DNA of 64,000 nt from Phyllosticta citribraziliensis (taxonomy: Eukaryota): the NCBI RefSeq assembly GCF_038025025.1, contig NW_027117347.1:1426001-1490000 (forward strand), read 5' to 3'. The notes below the pieces were generated by a model that saw only the letters and a list, made by a program, of their open reading frames with translations, did no database searches and was not told the origin of the DNA. Made by a program: the position numbers and the translations under genes. Shown here one piece after another: positions 50,359 to 62,606 of the stretch; the first letter of the stretch is position 1; each line of letters starts with the position of its first letter.

Positions 50359-52839
50359 TCACTGCTCCATCTCGCCAAAATCCCACGAGTAATCGCCAGC
50401 ACCGCCGCTCATCTCCCCGGCCCCCGCAAGCACGCTGTCCATGCCCTCCTCAAACGGATCCCACATGGCCCCCAAGCTGGCCCCGCCCTCGCCGCCAAAC
50501 GCGCCCGCGCCCCCGCACGACACGGGGATGAGCGGGTCGCCGAGCGGCTGCAGGTCGAAGCCGGCCCCGGCGTTGCCAGCGCTCGCCGCGTCGGCGAAGA
50601 AGCTGCCGCCGGCGGCCATGGGCGGAGGCGACGAGGGAGGCGTCGAGAAGGGGTTGCTGACTGTGCGGCCCGACGACGTGCGCTTGGGCTTGCTGGGCGA
50701 CGACGCTCGCGCGCTGGCGCGGGCGCTGGAGCCCTTGGGCACGCACAGCATGTTGTCTGAGGATGAGTCTTTGGCGGGAGAGGAGGTGCCGTGGAGGTAG
50801 TCGTCGTGGTCGGGGACGGGGGACATGGGCGGCGTGGCGACGCCGTCAAAGGGATGCGAGGACTGGAGTTGGAGGAGGTCCGATTCGTCGTTGTTGACGG
50901 GGTCGGAAAGTTCGAGGTCGAGTTTGCTGTCGTCGACTGGCTGGGGCGCAGGCGAGAGTTGTGGGTCGAACGGGCTCGAGGCAGCTTCGGCGTTGAAACT
51001 GTTTGGCAACGACGTTAGGCTTGGGTCAACTGGGCTGGTTGAAGAAGCTGGTGACAAGACGGCTGACAGTGCAGAGTGCAGAGAACGCTCCAAAGACTCG
51101 TTGGGCTTGAAATCTGATAGTGCTGAAGGGGCCACGCAATCTGAAGGCGCTGAAAGAGTCGCAAACGCTGATGGTGTTGTGGAAGCAGCTGGCAATGGGG
51201 ACGCTGGGGAATCCAAATCAAGTGCTGAAGGTGACGATGCTGGGAATTCTGATTCTGCTGACCTTGAGCTGAACGAGGAAGGGACGTCAGAGTGGTGCAG
51301 GGCATGGAGGTTCGTAAACCTCGCAGAGTCGCACTCGTGGACGTTTGCTGCTGGTGAGTAACCAGACGAGCCGGGCGAGTCGTCCGACGACGCGGACGAC
51401 TCGTAATTGGAGGCCAGGGCCTTGCGCGTCCTGCTGGACTTTTCGAGACGCTCCTCCATCTCGGGCCTGTGCTTGCGAGGGCGGCCACGGCGGGCCTGCT
51501 TCTTGACGGCGCCGGGAAAGGCGCCATCGCACATGCCACGCTGACGATGTCGGGTCAGAGCGTCTTGACGCGCAAAGCCGGCGCCACAAGGACACTTGTA
51601 CGGTTTGTCGCCCGTGTGAATCTTTGCGTGGCGCTTGAGGTCGTGCTGGCGGACGAAGCACTTGCCGCAATGGTTGCAGCGGTACTGACGGTCTCCCAGA
51701 TGTGTTTGGACGTGGGAGCGAATATTCTCCCGGCGCCCAAACGTCTTGCCGCAATCTGGGAAGAGGCAGGTCCAGCGGTGGTTATTGGGATCCTGCTCAC
51801 TGATGTAGGCTTGAATCTCTTCGGTAGTGATTCCCGTCTCTTCAATTGAACCGTCGAGGTTGAGCTCGGCAAACGGCATGGCTTGTGGCGACATGTCGTG
51901 CTTTACGGGGACTGGAGAGAGCAGTCCGTCCATTTCCGTGCTACTTCTTGACATGGGCACAAGAGACGGACGGCGTGAGAGAGACAGTTGAGGGCCAGGA
52001 GCGAGGTGACCATGGTGCTGGAAAGCCCTCTGGCGGGGCGAGGTCGACGGCGAGCAGCCAGGCGATATTGCATCGGACGAGTACAGCGACGAGTCGTAGC
52101 CATTGTCGCTCTCGTGGGTGGCCAAGCTGAAGTTGAAGCCGTGGTCGTCGGCCGGGGGCTGAAGATTGATCTCGCAGGCATCGCTGAAGCTCGATGGCAT
52201 TGGCGCGATGTCGAGGTGGTCGAGGGGCGTCATTGGTGATGACTTGTTGGACTGCGTGACCTGTGGCGGCAGGATGCTGACTTGTACAGTTGCACTTGTG
52301 CCGTAGACGGCGCGAATGTGCCGCTCGAGATCATGCAGTTGTTGAGGAGAGGGTTGAAGAGGATGAGGAGGAGGAGCATGTTGAAGAGGAGGTGGAGGAG
52401 GGTGAGGCCCACCCTGGCCTAGAGGTGGCTGGGCGGGCGAGAGAGGGTGGTGAGGGTGAGGTTGAGGTTGATTGAGGTGAGCTGCTGGATCCTGAAAGTG
52501 CGGGAACGGGGGTCCCGGCTGAGCCATGCTGTGCTGCTGCGCTACTTGCAAGGTATGCTGTGGGTGGGTTTGTCCTATGTTAGTACCGTTACTTACCTGG
52601 TTGTCGCCCTGGGGAATTGTGCTTGGCTGGTGGTTAGCTGGGGGGCCCATCCGGTCCGGGAATGGCGACAGAAGCTGGGGCTTCTGGTCGACGCTCATTC
52701 CCCTTCGGTGGAAGTGTTGTCGTTGAGCCATGTTGGGCATAGGTTGTACTTGTGGCGCCTCGAATATGGTTGGCGTGGAGTTTTGACGGCGGTGCATTTG
52801 CCTCCGCTGTTGGATACTCGAGGTCGGATTGGACAGCAT
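50359..52839 (-). CDS. ACE2: Ace2/Swi5-like C2H2 zinc-finger transcription factor; 5'UTR intron 53023-52911
   Basis: Zinc fingers CLFPDCGKTFGRRENIRSHVQTH, CNHCGKCFVRQHDLKRHAKIH and CPCGAGFARQDALTRHRQRGMC, then RGRPRK. N-terminal HRRQNS and HRRGMS. Confidence 0.88.
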   Translation of the reverse strand: MLSNPTSSIQQRRQMHRRQNSTPTIFEAPQVQPMPNMAQRQHFHRRGMSVDQKPQLLSPFPDRMGPPANHQPSTIPQGDNQVSNGTNIGQTHPQHTLQVAQQHSMAQPGPPFPHFQDPAAHLNQPQPHPHHPLSPAQPPLGQGGPHPPPPPLQHAPPPHPLQPSPQQLHDLERHIRAVYGTSATVQVSILPPQVTQSNKSSPMTPLDHLDIAPMPSSFSDACEINLQPPADDHGFNFSLATHESDNGYDSSLYSSDAISPGCSPSTSPRQRAFQHHGHLAPGPQLSLSRRPSLVPMSRSSTEMDGLLSPVPVKHDMSPQAMPFAELNLDGSIEETGITTEEIQAYISEQDPNNHRWTCLFPDCGKTFGRRENIRSHVQTHLGDRQYRCNHCGKCFVRQHDLKRHAKIHTGDKPYKCPCGAGFARQDALTRHRQRGMCDGAFPGAVKKQARRGRPRKHRPEMEERLEKSSRTRKALASNYESSASSDDSPGSSGYSPAANVHECDSARFTNLHALHHSDVPSSFSSRSAESEFPASSPSALDLDSPASPLPAASTTPSAFATLSAPSDCVAPSALSDFKPNESLERSLHSALSAVLSPASSTSPVDPSLTSLPNSFNAEAASSPFDPQLSPAPQPVDDSKLDLELSDPVNNDESDLLQLQSSHPFDGVATPPMSPVPDHDDYLHGTSSPAKDSSSDNMLCVPKGSSARASARASSPSKPKRTSSGRTVSNPFSTPPSSPPPMAAGGSFFADAASAGNAGAGFDLQPLGDPLIPVSCGGAGAFGGEGGASLGAMWDPFEEGMDSVLAGAGEMSGGAGDYSWDFGEMEQ

Positions 52840-53482
52840 TTTCGATGCAGGTCGAGTCCGGAAAGGGCGCTTTTGTAGAAGACGTTTCGGATATCCTCCG
52901 TGTTCCGAATCTGCATCGTGAGAGTCAGTCGTGGTGTTGTGGTCGCGGCGACGACATGATCCGCGGGATGATCTACGAATGCTCCGAGCTCGAGCTCGAG
53001 CTCGATAGATAAAATGCACTCACCTCGCGCAGTGCAAGCGGCGCCCGCCGGGCTATAGGAAAGGTCGGGTTCCGCTCAGCAGAAGTGTAGGGGTTGAAAT
53101 TCGCAGCAGCTCAGAGATGCAGGTGTGGGCTTGGCAGCCTCAGCTTCGTGCAGGAGAGACGGACGGCGAGCTCTCCCCGGAAGAGGGTCTTGAGAGGTTG
53201 TCTTGTGGTTTGTTGTGGTGGGAAGAGTGGTGGAGTGGAAGCCAATTGAAGACGGAGTCTCGACGGCAGAGGAGTGTACACGAGGAGCAGAGCAGAGCAG
53301 AAGGTGCAGATGTGAGATGGGAGAGGAGTTGATGTAGGCGGCACGCCAAAACAGTCAACAGCTCAGAAGCTGTCCGGGTAACCAAACGTCAGGACCGGGG
53401 TGACGCACCAGCCACTGGACGACGCCCCGACCAGCGCAGGCAGGCGACACCCGGACCCGGACCCGCGACGATCGTGCCTGCC

Positions 53483-53517
53483 GTGGCTGCCTGGCTGCCT
53501 GGCTGCCTGGCTGCCTG
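53483..53517. repeat. (TGGCTGCC)n octamer tandem repeat in the ACE2/RPS31 divergent spacer
   Basis: About four units read directly. Confidence 0.8.
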
Positions 53518-53726
53518 ACATCGCTGGTCCTGACCGCCCTGGCAGAATCCAGTCGCGCTGATTCAGCATTCTCGCCCACGGAGCTGGCCCGAGCGCCCAC
53601 ACAGACGCAAAATCGCCGGCCCGTCGCCCTTCAACTTCTCTCCTCACACGACGACTGAGGAAGACATCCACGACACCGGTTGTCTAGGTACGCCCTCCCT
53701 CTGCCGCTCGTCAATCGCACTGCTAA

Positions 53727-54340
<614 letters not shown>

Positions 54341-54617
54341 ACGACGGCTTCATCTGTCCGTTTGTGCGCTGGGAAGGGCGGACCTTGTTCCGACAGGATC
54401 CACCGGGAGTTACGCAACGTATCTTCCTTCAGCTAGCAAATGAAAAAAAGACTTCAAGCTGAACTACGACGACCCAATCGTGACACTGACATTGATGATT
54501 GATTGGTTTCGAGGAGGAAAGAAAATTCAATTCTGAACAGTGCGCGCCAGCTATGATGGTATCGGCAGCCCAAAACACCCAAACGCCATCCCATCCCATC
54601 CCAGTCCCAACCTCCCC

Positions 54618-55506
54618 TCACCGTCCTGCCCTGCTCCCATCCTCCCTCCCCTCAACATATCCCACAACGCCATTCGCGCGCTCAACCCGCGCAACCGTCT
54701 CCGTCAAGCCCCTCTTCAACGCGACCAACCCCTCCGTGCCCCTCTCCCACATAGCCCTAACCTCATCGCCCGCCTCGCCCTGCAGCGGCCACAGCTCCGC
54801 CTGCTCCAAGAGCCGCGCATCGGCCGCCGCCGCCGCGAGCGCCGCGTCTTTGGCCTCCAGCTGGCGCGCCTGCTGCGACGCGGTTTGCGCGTCGAAGCGC
54901 GTGGCCCAGGCGTCGGCGGCGCGCGAGGGCCCGTCGCGCCGTAGGTCGGCCAGCTTCTCGGTTAGCGAGTCTTTTTGCGCTTCCAGCGTGCGGATGCGCG
55001 TGGCGATGTGTGTGTTGTATGGTTCGTATTCTGATGGGCAGAGAGGGTTTTGTGTTAGCTGGATGGGTGGGTGGGTTTGGCAAGAGGGCATGAACGGGCG
55101 AGGGAGGGAGAGGGAGAGGGAGAGGGAGAGACGGACCTTGGGTGTCTTCTTGCTCTTGCGGCAGGTCTTCTGGGGACATGCCGTTGATGCTGATGCCGTG
55201 GCGGGCGCTGGCGAACGTGTTGCGGATATACTGTGTAGCCGTCAATGTTAGCCTTCTCCCCTCATCTCTGCGCTGGATGATGTCTGCGTATCCGTCTGCA
55301 AAGATCGTTCCCAACCAAGGGAGACTACGCACCTCGTCAACCAGCTCCTCGACCTTCCTCCTCAGCACGTCCTCGCCCCCCTCGGGCGCCGCGCTCGGCG
55401 GCAAGTGCAAGTCAATCTTCTGCCGCGCAGCGCGCTTGACATTGGCGACGAGGTACGTCAAGTCAGCCGGCGACTGCAGCTCGACGCGACGGTGTGCAGT
55501 CTCCAT
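54618..55506 (-). CDS. NSL1: Kinetochore Mis12-complex subunit Mis14/Nsl1 (3 exons)
   Basis: Motifs HRRVELQSPADLTYL, KIDLHLPPSA, ISINGM, EYEPYN, LADLRR and LTETVARVERA. Confidence 0.82.
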
Positions 55507-55791
55507 TTCCAAGCTTCAATCTTCTTCCGTGCAGGCTGCGTGCCCTTTTCCGTTTCCACGCCGCTCTCGTCGATTTGCGGGTTTGGACAAGGTCTGGAGA
55601 GGCGCCTAGGTAAAGCCCTGTTGTCGGACCAAGGGGGCAGACCGGGGAGGCCGTGTCGTCTGGTCGTCTTCTCGTCTCGTCCAGTGCCGTGCCCGCCTCG
55701 CCTTCAGCCTCAGCTTGGCCAAGCTGCCTAGGTTTCCAGCCGCCGTTGGCGCAACAACGACTATCGCTGCCGTTGCCGTTGCCGTATGCAC

Positions 55792-55803
55792 GAAACGCGT
55801 TTC
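55792..55803. promoter_or_regulatory. MCB element within a 12-bp palindrome upstream of NSL1
   Basis: GAAACGCGTTTC about 290 bp upstream of the ATG. Confidence 0.45.
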
Positions 55804-57895
55804 AAATCGCACCTTGTCCTGCCTCTTGATATCCTGTCTTGTCTGCGAGTCTGGCCGCCTGCGCGTCTGCGGTGGTGGTAGTGGGCGTGCTCGACAATCG
55901 CGGTAGCAATCCTGGTACCAGCTCTTCAACCACCCTCTTGCCGTGTGTCCCTAGCCTGTCGCGCGCTTTTTCCCCTCTTCTTTGCTATTGCTCTTCTTTT
56001 CTCCAGCGACTCCAAGCCAGCCAGATAGGAACCGAGTCGTAGGTCAATCACTCGTCGTTGTCCAGCGCAACCAGCCAAGCCCTCAACTCTTCATGCGCGG
56101 TCGCTGCGACAGTCGTAGGTAGGAAAGGAAGCCCAAGAGCGTAGATGGAAGGAAGCTTCTGCGAACGTGGAGACCACAAGCCTCCAAACCCGCGCACGGC
56201 GCAAGAAGCCAATCAGCCAGTCCAGCAATGCGCAGCCAATGGCAGAAAAAAGACGTCTCGGATGGATGCGATTCGCGTTTCGATGCGCACTGCCAAGAGG
56301 AAGCAGGCAAGGGGAGTGTAGGCAAGGCAGGGATCGAAGTCGACAGGGCGGCGCAGGTTGGTTGCCGGCCACTCGGTCGTCGTCGTCGTGGTTGGCAGTG
56401 GTGTTGATGTTTTGGGTCGCCTCACCTTACCGCTCGCCGACCAAACACTCGCCGACTTTCCTTGCTGCCCGGCGGACCTGAACATCGGGACGGGAGCCGG
56501 GCGTCGGGGTGCGCGCGGCCGAGATGCCCGCCGGTTCTCCGAGCTGCGGTGCGCTACCTTAGCCCGACTGACGGTCGTGCTCTCGATGCTCGTGCTCGGC
56601 AGCGCTCGGCAGGCAACGGAAGGCTCCCGTCCAACCAAACCCTCCTAACCGCCCAAACTACACCCAGTACCTCCCGTCCCATCGGCTACCACCGGCAAAG
56701 AACATGAAAGCAGAGCACCTGACAGCCGCCCAGCCCCAGCACAGCTCAGCTCGAGCCCCAGAAAGGAGCAGATAAGGGCCAGACGATAAGGAACGACAAG
56801 GGGCCAAATCGACACGATACGGCAGCAGAGGTCCCGACACCGCCAGGCAAGCCATCATGGTGTCCATCCGCCGATGCAGTGACTGGGGGCTATCTGTCTA
56901 CAGGTATCTATCCACACCGGGGGCACAAACAGTGTTGTTGTGAGCACCGCCACATGATCGGAGACTTTGCGTCTGCAGGTCTCACACTTTATGTGGGTGG
57001 GTGCTTGGTTGCTGTTGGTTTCGTCGCGTGTTGGTTGGTTGGTTCGTTGGTCGGTCGCCCGGTCGGGCGTGATGGGCGGGTGACGTATGCAGGGCGCGGA
57101 CCTACATTGCCTTCATGTTCCTACCCACCTGCACCTACAACATAGATGCAGTTGAAGTGGAGCAAGACCAGCACACCAACACGACACAATACGACACAAC
57201 ACACGGCGTGGATGGTCGCTTACCAAACGAAGTGATAGACAGACTAAACAACAGAGTGAGACGTCACAGGCCAGCGGATGACATGCAGAGCGGTGTGATT
57301 TGTATTTGAATAGTGGTTCGCAAACCAACCAACCGGCCTGTCTGCCTGCCTACCTAGGTACCTACATGCCTATCTACGGTGGGTGAACCTATCTACCGAC
57401 ACAAAACCAGAAAAAAAAGTCGAGCGGAGATCAATCCATCAACAGCAAGAAGAACAACAAAGACAACAAGCAGGAAAATAAGCAGACGCGCGCCATATCC
57501 TTCCGTCGCCGTACAACCAAACAAACAAGCAAGCAAAAGCCAGTCCAAACGCCATGCCGTCCATCGTGAAGAAGACGTCTGTCTGCGCCTCCCAGTCCGT
57601 CCGTCCGTCCACCTCTCCCGCCCAAATTACCCATGAAAGATGAAAAAACTAGGCACTTGAACGGCAAGAAAAGGGAAATGTTGGTGAGGAGCATCCCCTC
57701 CAAAGTCATCGTAATCGCTCGCCGTGTGCTGCCCGTCTTTCGCCCAAAGAACGCTCCTCGGACCTCGCCCCACTCGCTGTGTGTCAACAAACTAAAAGCG
57801 GACTGCGCCATCACCCGACTGTTGGATCGGGCAGGCCGAATGCGATCGTCGCGATGTGCCATGCGGCGCGTGTAGTAGTGAAGTCATGCATCATG

Positions 57896-58667
57896 TCATG
57901 ACTGGTGCTGGCGTTGCGGCTGGGGAAACATGTCGGCAATCTCCTCGTCGGTGAGGGTGATTTCGTCGACGGGGTCGGGACGGCGGTCGATGTCGGACGT
58001 GTCGTAGTCTGCATACGAGGGGAGAAAAATGTCTGCGAGGCCGAGCCAGTGGTCAGCGGTCGTATATGGCTCAACCGCGGGCGGACGTCGTAATTAATTA
58101 AGCAAAGAGGGAGGGAGGATGTCGTCGTCGCGGCTGTGCACTTGCCTTGGTTCCAATCGAAGCCTTGGGATGCCTTGACGCACGTAATCTGGCACACGCC
58201 CAAAGGGTCAACTATTGCTCGTGCTGCTGTCTCGCCGCCTCTGTGCTGTCGCTCATTCGGCGGCGCGATGACGTCTTACCAGGCGCGGAGCATCAGGGTG
58301 CCCGACGTTCACTACGATATGCTCGGATTTCGAAATCGAGGAGCCTGCATCCACAGCAATCAGCTTGCGCCCTCTGACGTCTTGCCACTGCCATGTCGAC
58401 TGCTCTCCGCCAGAGCCGCTCGCCGCTCGCGCCTCTTGTCTGATCAACGGGCGGGCCCAACTCACTCAGCATGGACGGGCGGCGCGTGAAGTAGCTGTGG
58501 GGATGCTGCGCCGGCGTCGAGCTGGACGGCGAGCTCGCGGAGCTGGTGCTGGCGCTGGCGCCGTACTGGAACGAGGCTCCGGCGGAGCTGGCTGGACTGC
58601 AGGAGCTCGAGGTCGTCGCAGCCTGCTTGTTCTTCTTGGGCTTCGGGATGGCGATCGAGGAAGACAT
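57896..58667 (-). CDS. Small fungal hypothetical protein (4 exons, third intron GC-AG)
   Basis: Spliced frame reads MSSSIAIP..RRPSML / SSISKSEHIVVNVG / ITCVKASQGFDWNQ / DIFLPSY..VDEITLTDEEIADMFP. Three introns with branch points keep the frame. Confidence 0.8.
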
Positions 58668-60014
58668 GGCCGTGCGGTGGTGAGAGCGTGCGTAGTCAGG
58701 TATGGTACAAGGACGACGTGAGCTGATACGAGGAGAGAGGGGAGGGAGGTTGCACTGGGGACGAAATAGCGAAGCCAAGGCGAGTGAAGGAGGTGGAGGA
58801 GGAGGCTGGAGGCAAGCGGAGAGCGGAGCAAGCAGTCAGTTGCTAAGTAGATCCCGGTGGGTAGTGTTGGTGACTGGGCTGGGTGACTTGTCTGGGCGAC
58901 CCGGAAGATCGGAGGGAGGGCAGCGAGCAGCGGTGCCGTCCGCGGGCAGGGTTCAATTATGCAGATGACTGCAAGGTAAGGTAAGGTAGGTAGGTAGGTA
59001 ACCAAACGGTCACCGTTCCGAGCCTCGCCAGGCGCGCCCGTTTCCCTACCACAGTTGACACACGCACGGCTAGGACATGGATGCTCACTCCGCCGCCTCT
59101 GACTGATCCCCTCATTTCACCCGCGAACCTATGACGTACATGGTGTCAATCAAGCTCCCGATTCCCTCATTGGAAACGGACCTGTGATTTGTCTATCCTA
59201 CAACTGGAGTTTTCTGATTCGACGGCAACAGCTTCAAAGAAATCAGAATAAGGGACCCAAGACTCCGTCCAATAGACGACGACAAAGCAGACAACCCCAC
59301 CGCAGCTCCCCATGCTGCTCCCTTTGGCCCATCTTGTTGTTCACCTCAGGCGCGCATCACCCCGCAACTCTCGTCACGTATTAGTATTTCAATCTTTGTT
59401 CCGATCTCGCTCTGCCGGTCCCGCCGTGCTGGCTTCCTTTCTTTCTGCGCTCCGGCCCAAGCCTATCGGCAACAAGGGACCCGTTCTGTCCCTTGCACCG
59501 GATTGCCGTGGTGGGAGAGAATAAGGGCATAGAGAAAGGAGATCGGGGAGGGCTGTAGGATGAATAGCGGCGCCCCCTCTTTTCCACCAAATAAAGAGCT
59601 CATCAACAGAGAAACATGACTGGCAGGAAAGCAACGACACGACAAACCCGTAGGCCTCTGAACTTGGAGCGCCAGCACGAATAAACCCCCCGAGAAAGCC
59701 AAGAAAACAAGCAAAAAAGTCTTGAACTGAACGTGCAGACTGAAGGACCCCGACAGGCCTCTTGCTGCGCCTGGCTCGCGATGCGAGGTAATCGAAGAAA
59801 ACAACCCTGAATCGTGCCTTTCCATTTCCCCGGCCACACCCATTTGGATCATACAAGCCGCACAACGCTCCTCAGGGTATCCCAAAGTATCCGATCCGTA
59901 TACAATCCCAAAGAGAACACCGAAGAGAAACCGTCCGGATATTCCGAAAACTAGAGTTTTGCGGAGCTTTTCAGAAACATCAAACAAAAGGACCCGACAA
60001 GCCACCATGTCGGC

Positions 60015-62606
60015 TCACCACCCCTTTTTCCGGGCAAAGCGTTTGTTGAGCAGGTTGAGAACCTTTGTCACGTTAAACTGGACGTACTCGAGATCGAGAT
60101 CTTCCTGGTTGTCCTTTTGCATCTCGAGCAAGTCGTCCAGCTTGAGATCGAGTTCCAGAAGACCGCGGCTCCGACCTGACGAGATTTCAGCTTTCTGATC
60201 TGCGAAAGGACTCTTGGCGCGGTACGTACCCTTGTAATGCAGAGAAATGACAAAAGTGCCAGGGAGGGGGCTTGTAAAGTTGAAGAAGATGTTTGCGCGC
60301 CGATTTTCTGGAACGTTGGATTTTTGAATGACTCCCTCCTTTTCGAGCTGCTGGTGCGTGAATTTGTACGGGCCCAAGACCGTTTGCTTTTGCTGTCTCT
60401 TGCTTTTGCCTTCAGATTGACTCCGCACATTTTGGAGGTACGACTTGTAAGTCTCGAGTTGACCGACGAGGTATGCGTTGTGGTCCTTGATGGTCTTCAA
60501 GACTTGCTCCAGCTTCCTTGTTTCGTCCAGCACCTTGTCTTTGAGTGAGCCAAGATGGACCAACTCTTGCTCGACTTCGTCCCGGAGGAGTGCAAATCCA
60601 TCCTCCTTGTCAATGACGCCATTCTCTTGCAGCTGGCTGAGCAGCTCCATGGCCCTGATGCCCTTCTTCACCATGACGGAATCATTCTTCGTCGTGGCAG
60701 CAGCTTCGGCGATCCTATCGAGCCGCAGCGGCCGTCTCATGATGGATGTGTTTGGCGGAAGCGAGCGAAGGATCATGACATACGTCGACTTTGCTTCCAT
60801 GAAGTAGACTTCGTCCTGGGTAATATCCAAGGCCGAGGTCATGTCGTCAATGGGCGTCTCCCACTTGCTGAACAGCGGAAGATTGATGGTCCTATTTTCT
60901 TTTCTTGGCAATTGATTGGGAGCGCTGCCAAGTTCCTGGAGCAAGACTGCCAAGTGCGAGTTTTCGTCCCGAGTCTAGAAAATGTTAGTCGCAGTCTGCT
61001 AATAATCCAAGCAAGTACTTACCAATGCATCCGCGTGGCGCTCAAGCAGTGCGTGTGTCGCGTAGACCTCGTTGAGCGTGATGGACAGCTCTAGATCCCG
61101 CTTTGAGAGCGCCACGTAGTTGTCCATTTCCAAGCTCTCGTAAAAATCTTGAACTTCGCACAGGTCAAGCATGAACTTGTTGATACGGTCCTTGTTCTGC
61201 TGAAGGAAAGGTTGCAGTTTGATCATGTACGGCTCCTTTGCGTAGGACGGCTTGTTGGCCAAATTTTGCAGCATCTTGGCAATGTACGTGAGCGTCCTCT
61301 TGGGATTCTCTGCCGGCGTCGCATCGATGAGCATGTACGAGCGGGGCGTTACGATGGCCGGGTTGATGAACCGGAGAAAGAAGAAGCCGCCAATCAAGGT
61401 ACATATCGTGGCGTCCGAGGCGTCGGGGTATTTGCGCTTCGACAAACTTCGAATCTGCTTGCAGATCCACCGGATTCCGTATGGGGTCTCCTCCAGCCCG
61501 TCAATGATTGTGGACAGGAACGAGTTGGCAATTTCCATGAGCATAGTCAGGCGAGGCGCAATGATTTGCTGGACCGTCTCATTTTCAGCAGCTTGCTCGG
61601 CTGTAACTCCACGAGGCAGGTGCGCAGGAAGGCGGCCTTCGCTGTCCTCAATTTCTTGAATCATCTTCTCGTACACCTTGAGAGGGTTGATCTCCAAGTC
61701 GAGGTCCTTGAGCTCAATCAGCGAATTGATGCGCTCAGCCAACACTACCTTCAAGTAGCTTTGTCCTGGACCTCGCCTGGTGTAGGTGGTCATCATTCTC
61801 GAGACCGGGGTGTTGGCTCTGAGGAGCGACGAATGATCCATGGTGTTTTCGAATTGGTACGTGAGGACAGACTGTGGGCGGTTAGCAGGTCCCGTGAATA
61901 AGTTACGGGATCGCACTCACCTGGAACATGGTGAGCAAAAGATGCTCTTCTCTGCTCTCGTACTGGTTTCCATAGATGGTGAACATGACCGTCTGGAGCA
62001 ACGAATCGATTTCGGCCATGGAGACGAGGCGACAGAGGTGAGCAATGTGCCTAGGCTCAGATTGCAGCAGAAACAAGAGATTTCCGTACTTCTGAGTCTG
62101 GTCATCATTAGGAAAGAAGCCTTCCTGAATTTCTGCAGACTCATCAAGGTGGCTAGCAACTTCGTTTTGCTGCGGCTTTGTTAGCATGGCTCAGGGTCCG
62201 CAGGGGCAGAGGCGCTCACCTCCTCCAAAGCCATCCGGTTCTGAATCAGAAGTGCTATCCGCGAGTCCAAATATCTGACGTCCTTTTCCAAAACAAAGTT
62301 CTTTTTTGATTGTGCTGAGATGCGCGACTTGAGTTCGCGCAGGTTTTTCTGAGCTGCGCCGCGTCAGTGCCGAACAATGATGGAGGATGCGAGTCAAATA
62401 CCTCTGGCCAAGTCGTCTTCGATTTCCAGGTCCTTCTCCTTGGCGGACATGGAAAGATACAGGGCCGTGACCGAGTATCGCTTGGATTGGCGCATGGAGC
62501 GCGAGCCATCGTGTGAGGACATGGTGTTTTGCCTGGAAACGGGAATGTACGAAGAGGATGAGGAGGTGGAGGCCCGCGATGGAGCATGCAGCATGGCTAT
62601 GGACAT
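60015..62606 (-). CDS. gapA: Ras GTPase-activating protein, GapA/Gap1 type (6 exons)
   Basis: Motifs [66 protein letters not shown] and RasGAP_C-type [16 protein letters not shown]. Confidence 0.96.

Noticed and set aside
52590..52600. Plus-strand TACTTACCTGG resembling the U1 snRNA 5' end
   Set aside because: No U1 stem-loops or Sm site follow. It is the complement of the ACE2 internal donor.
52985..53004. 20-bp palindrome in the ACE2 5'UTR intron
   Set aside because: It is a (CGAGCT)n microsatellite whose unit is inherently self-complementary.
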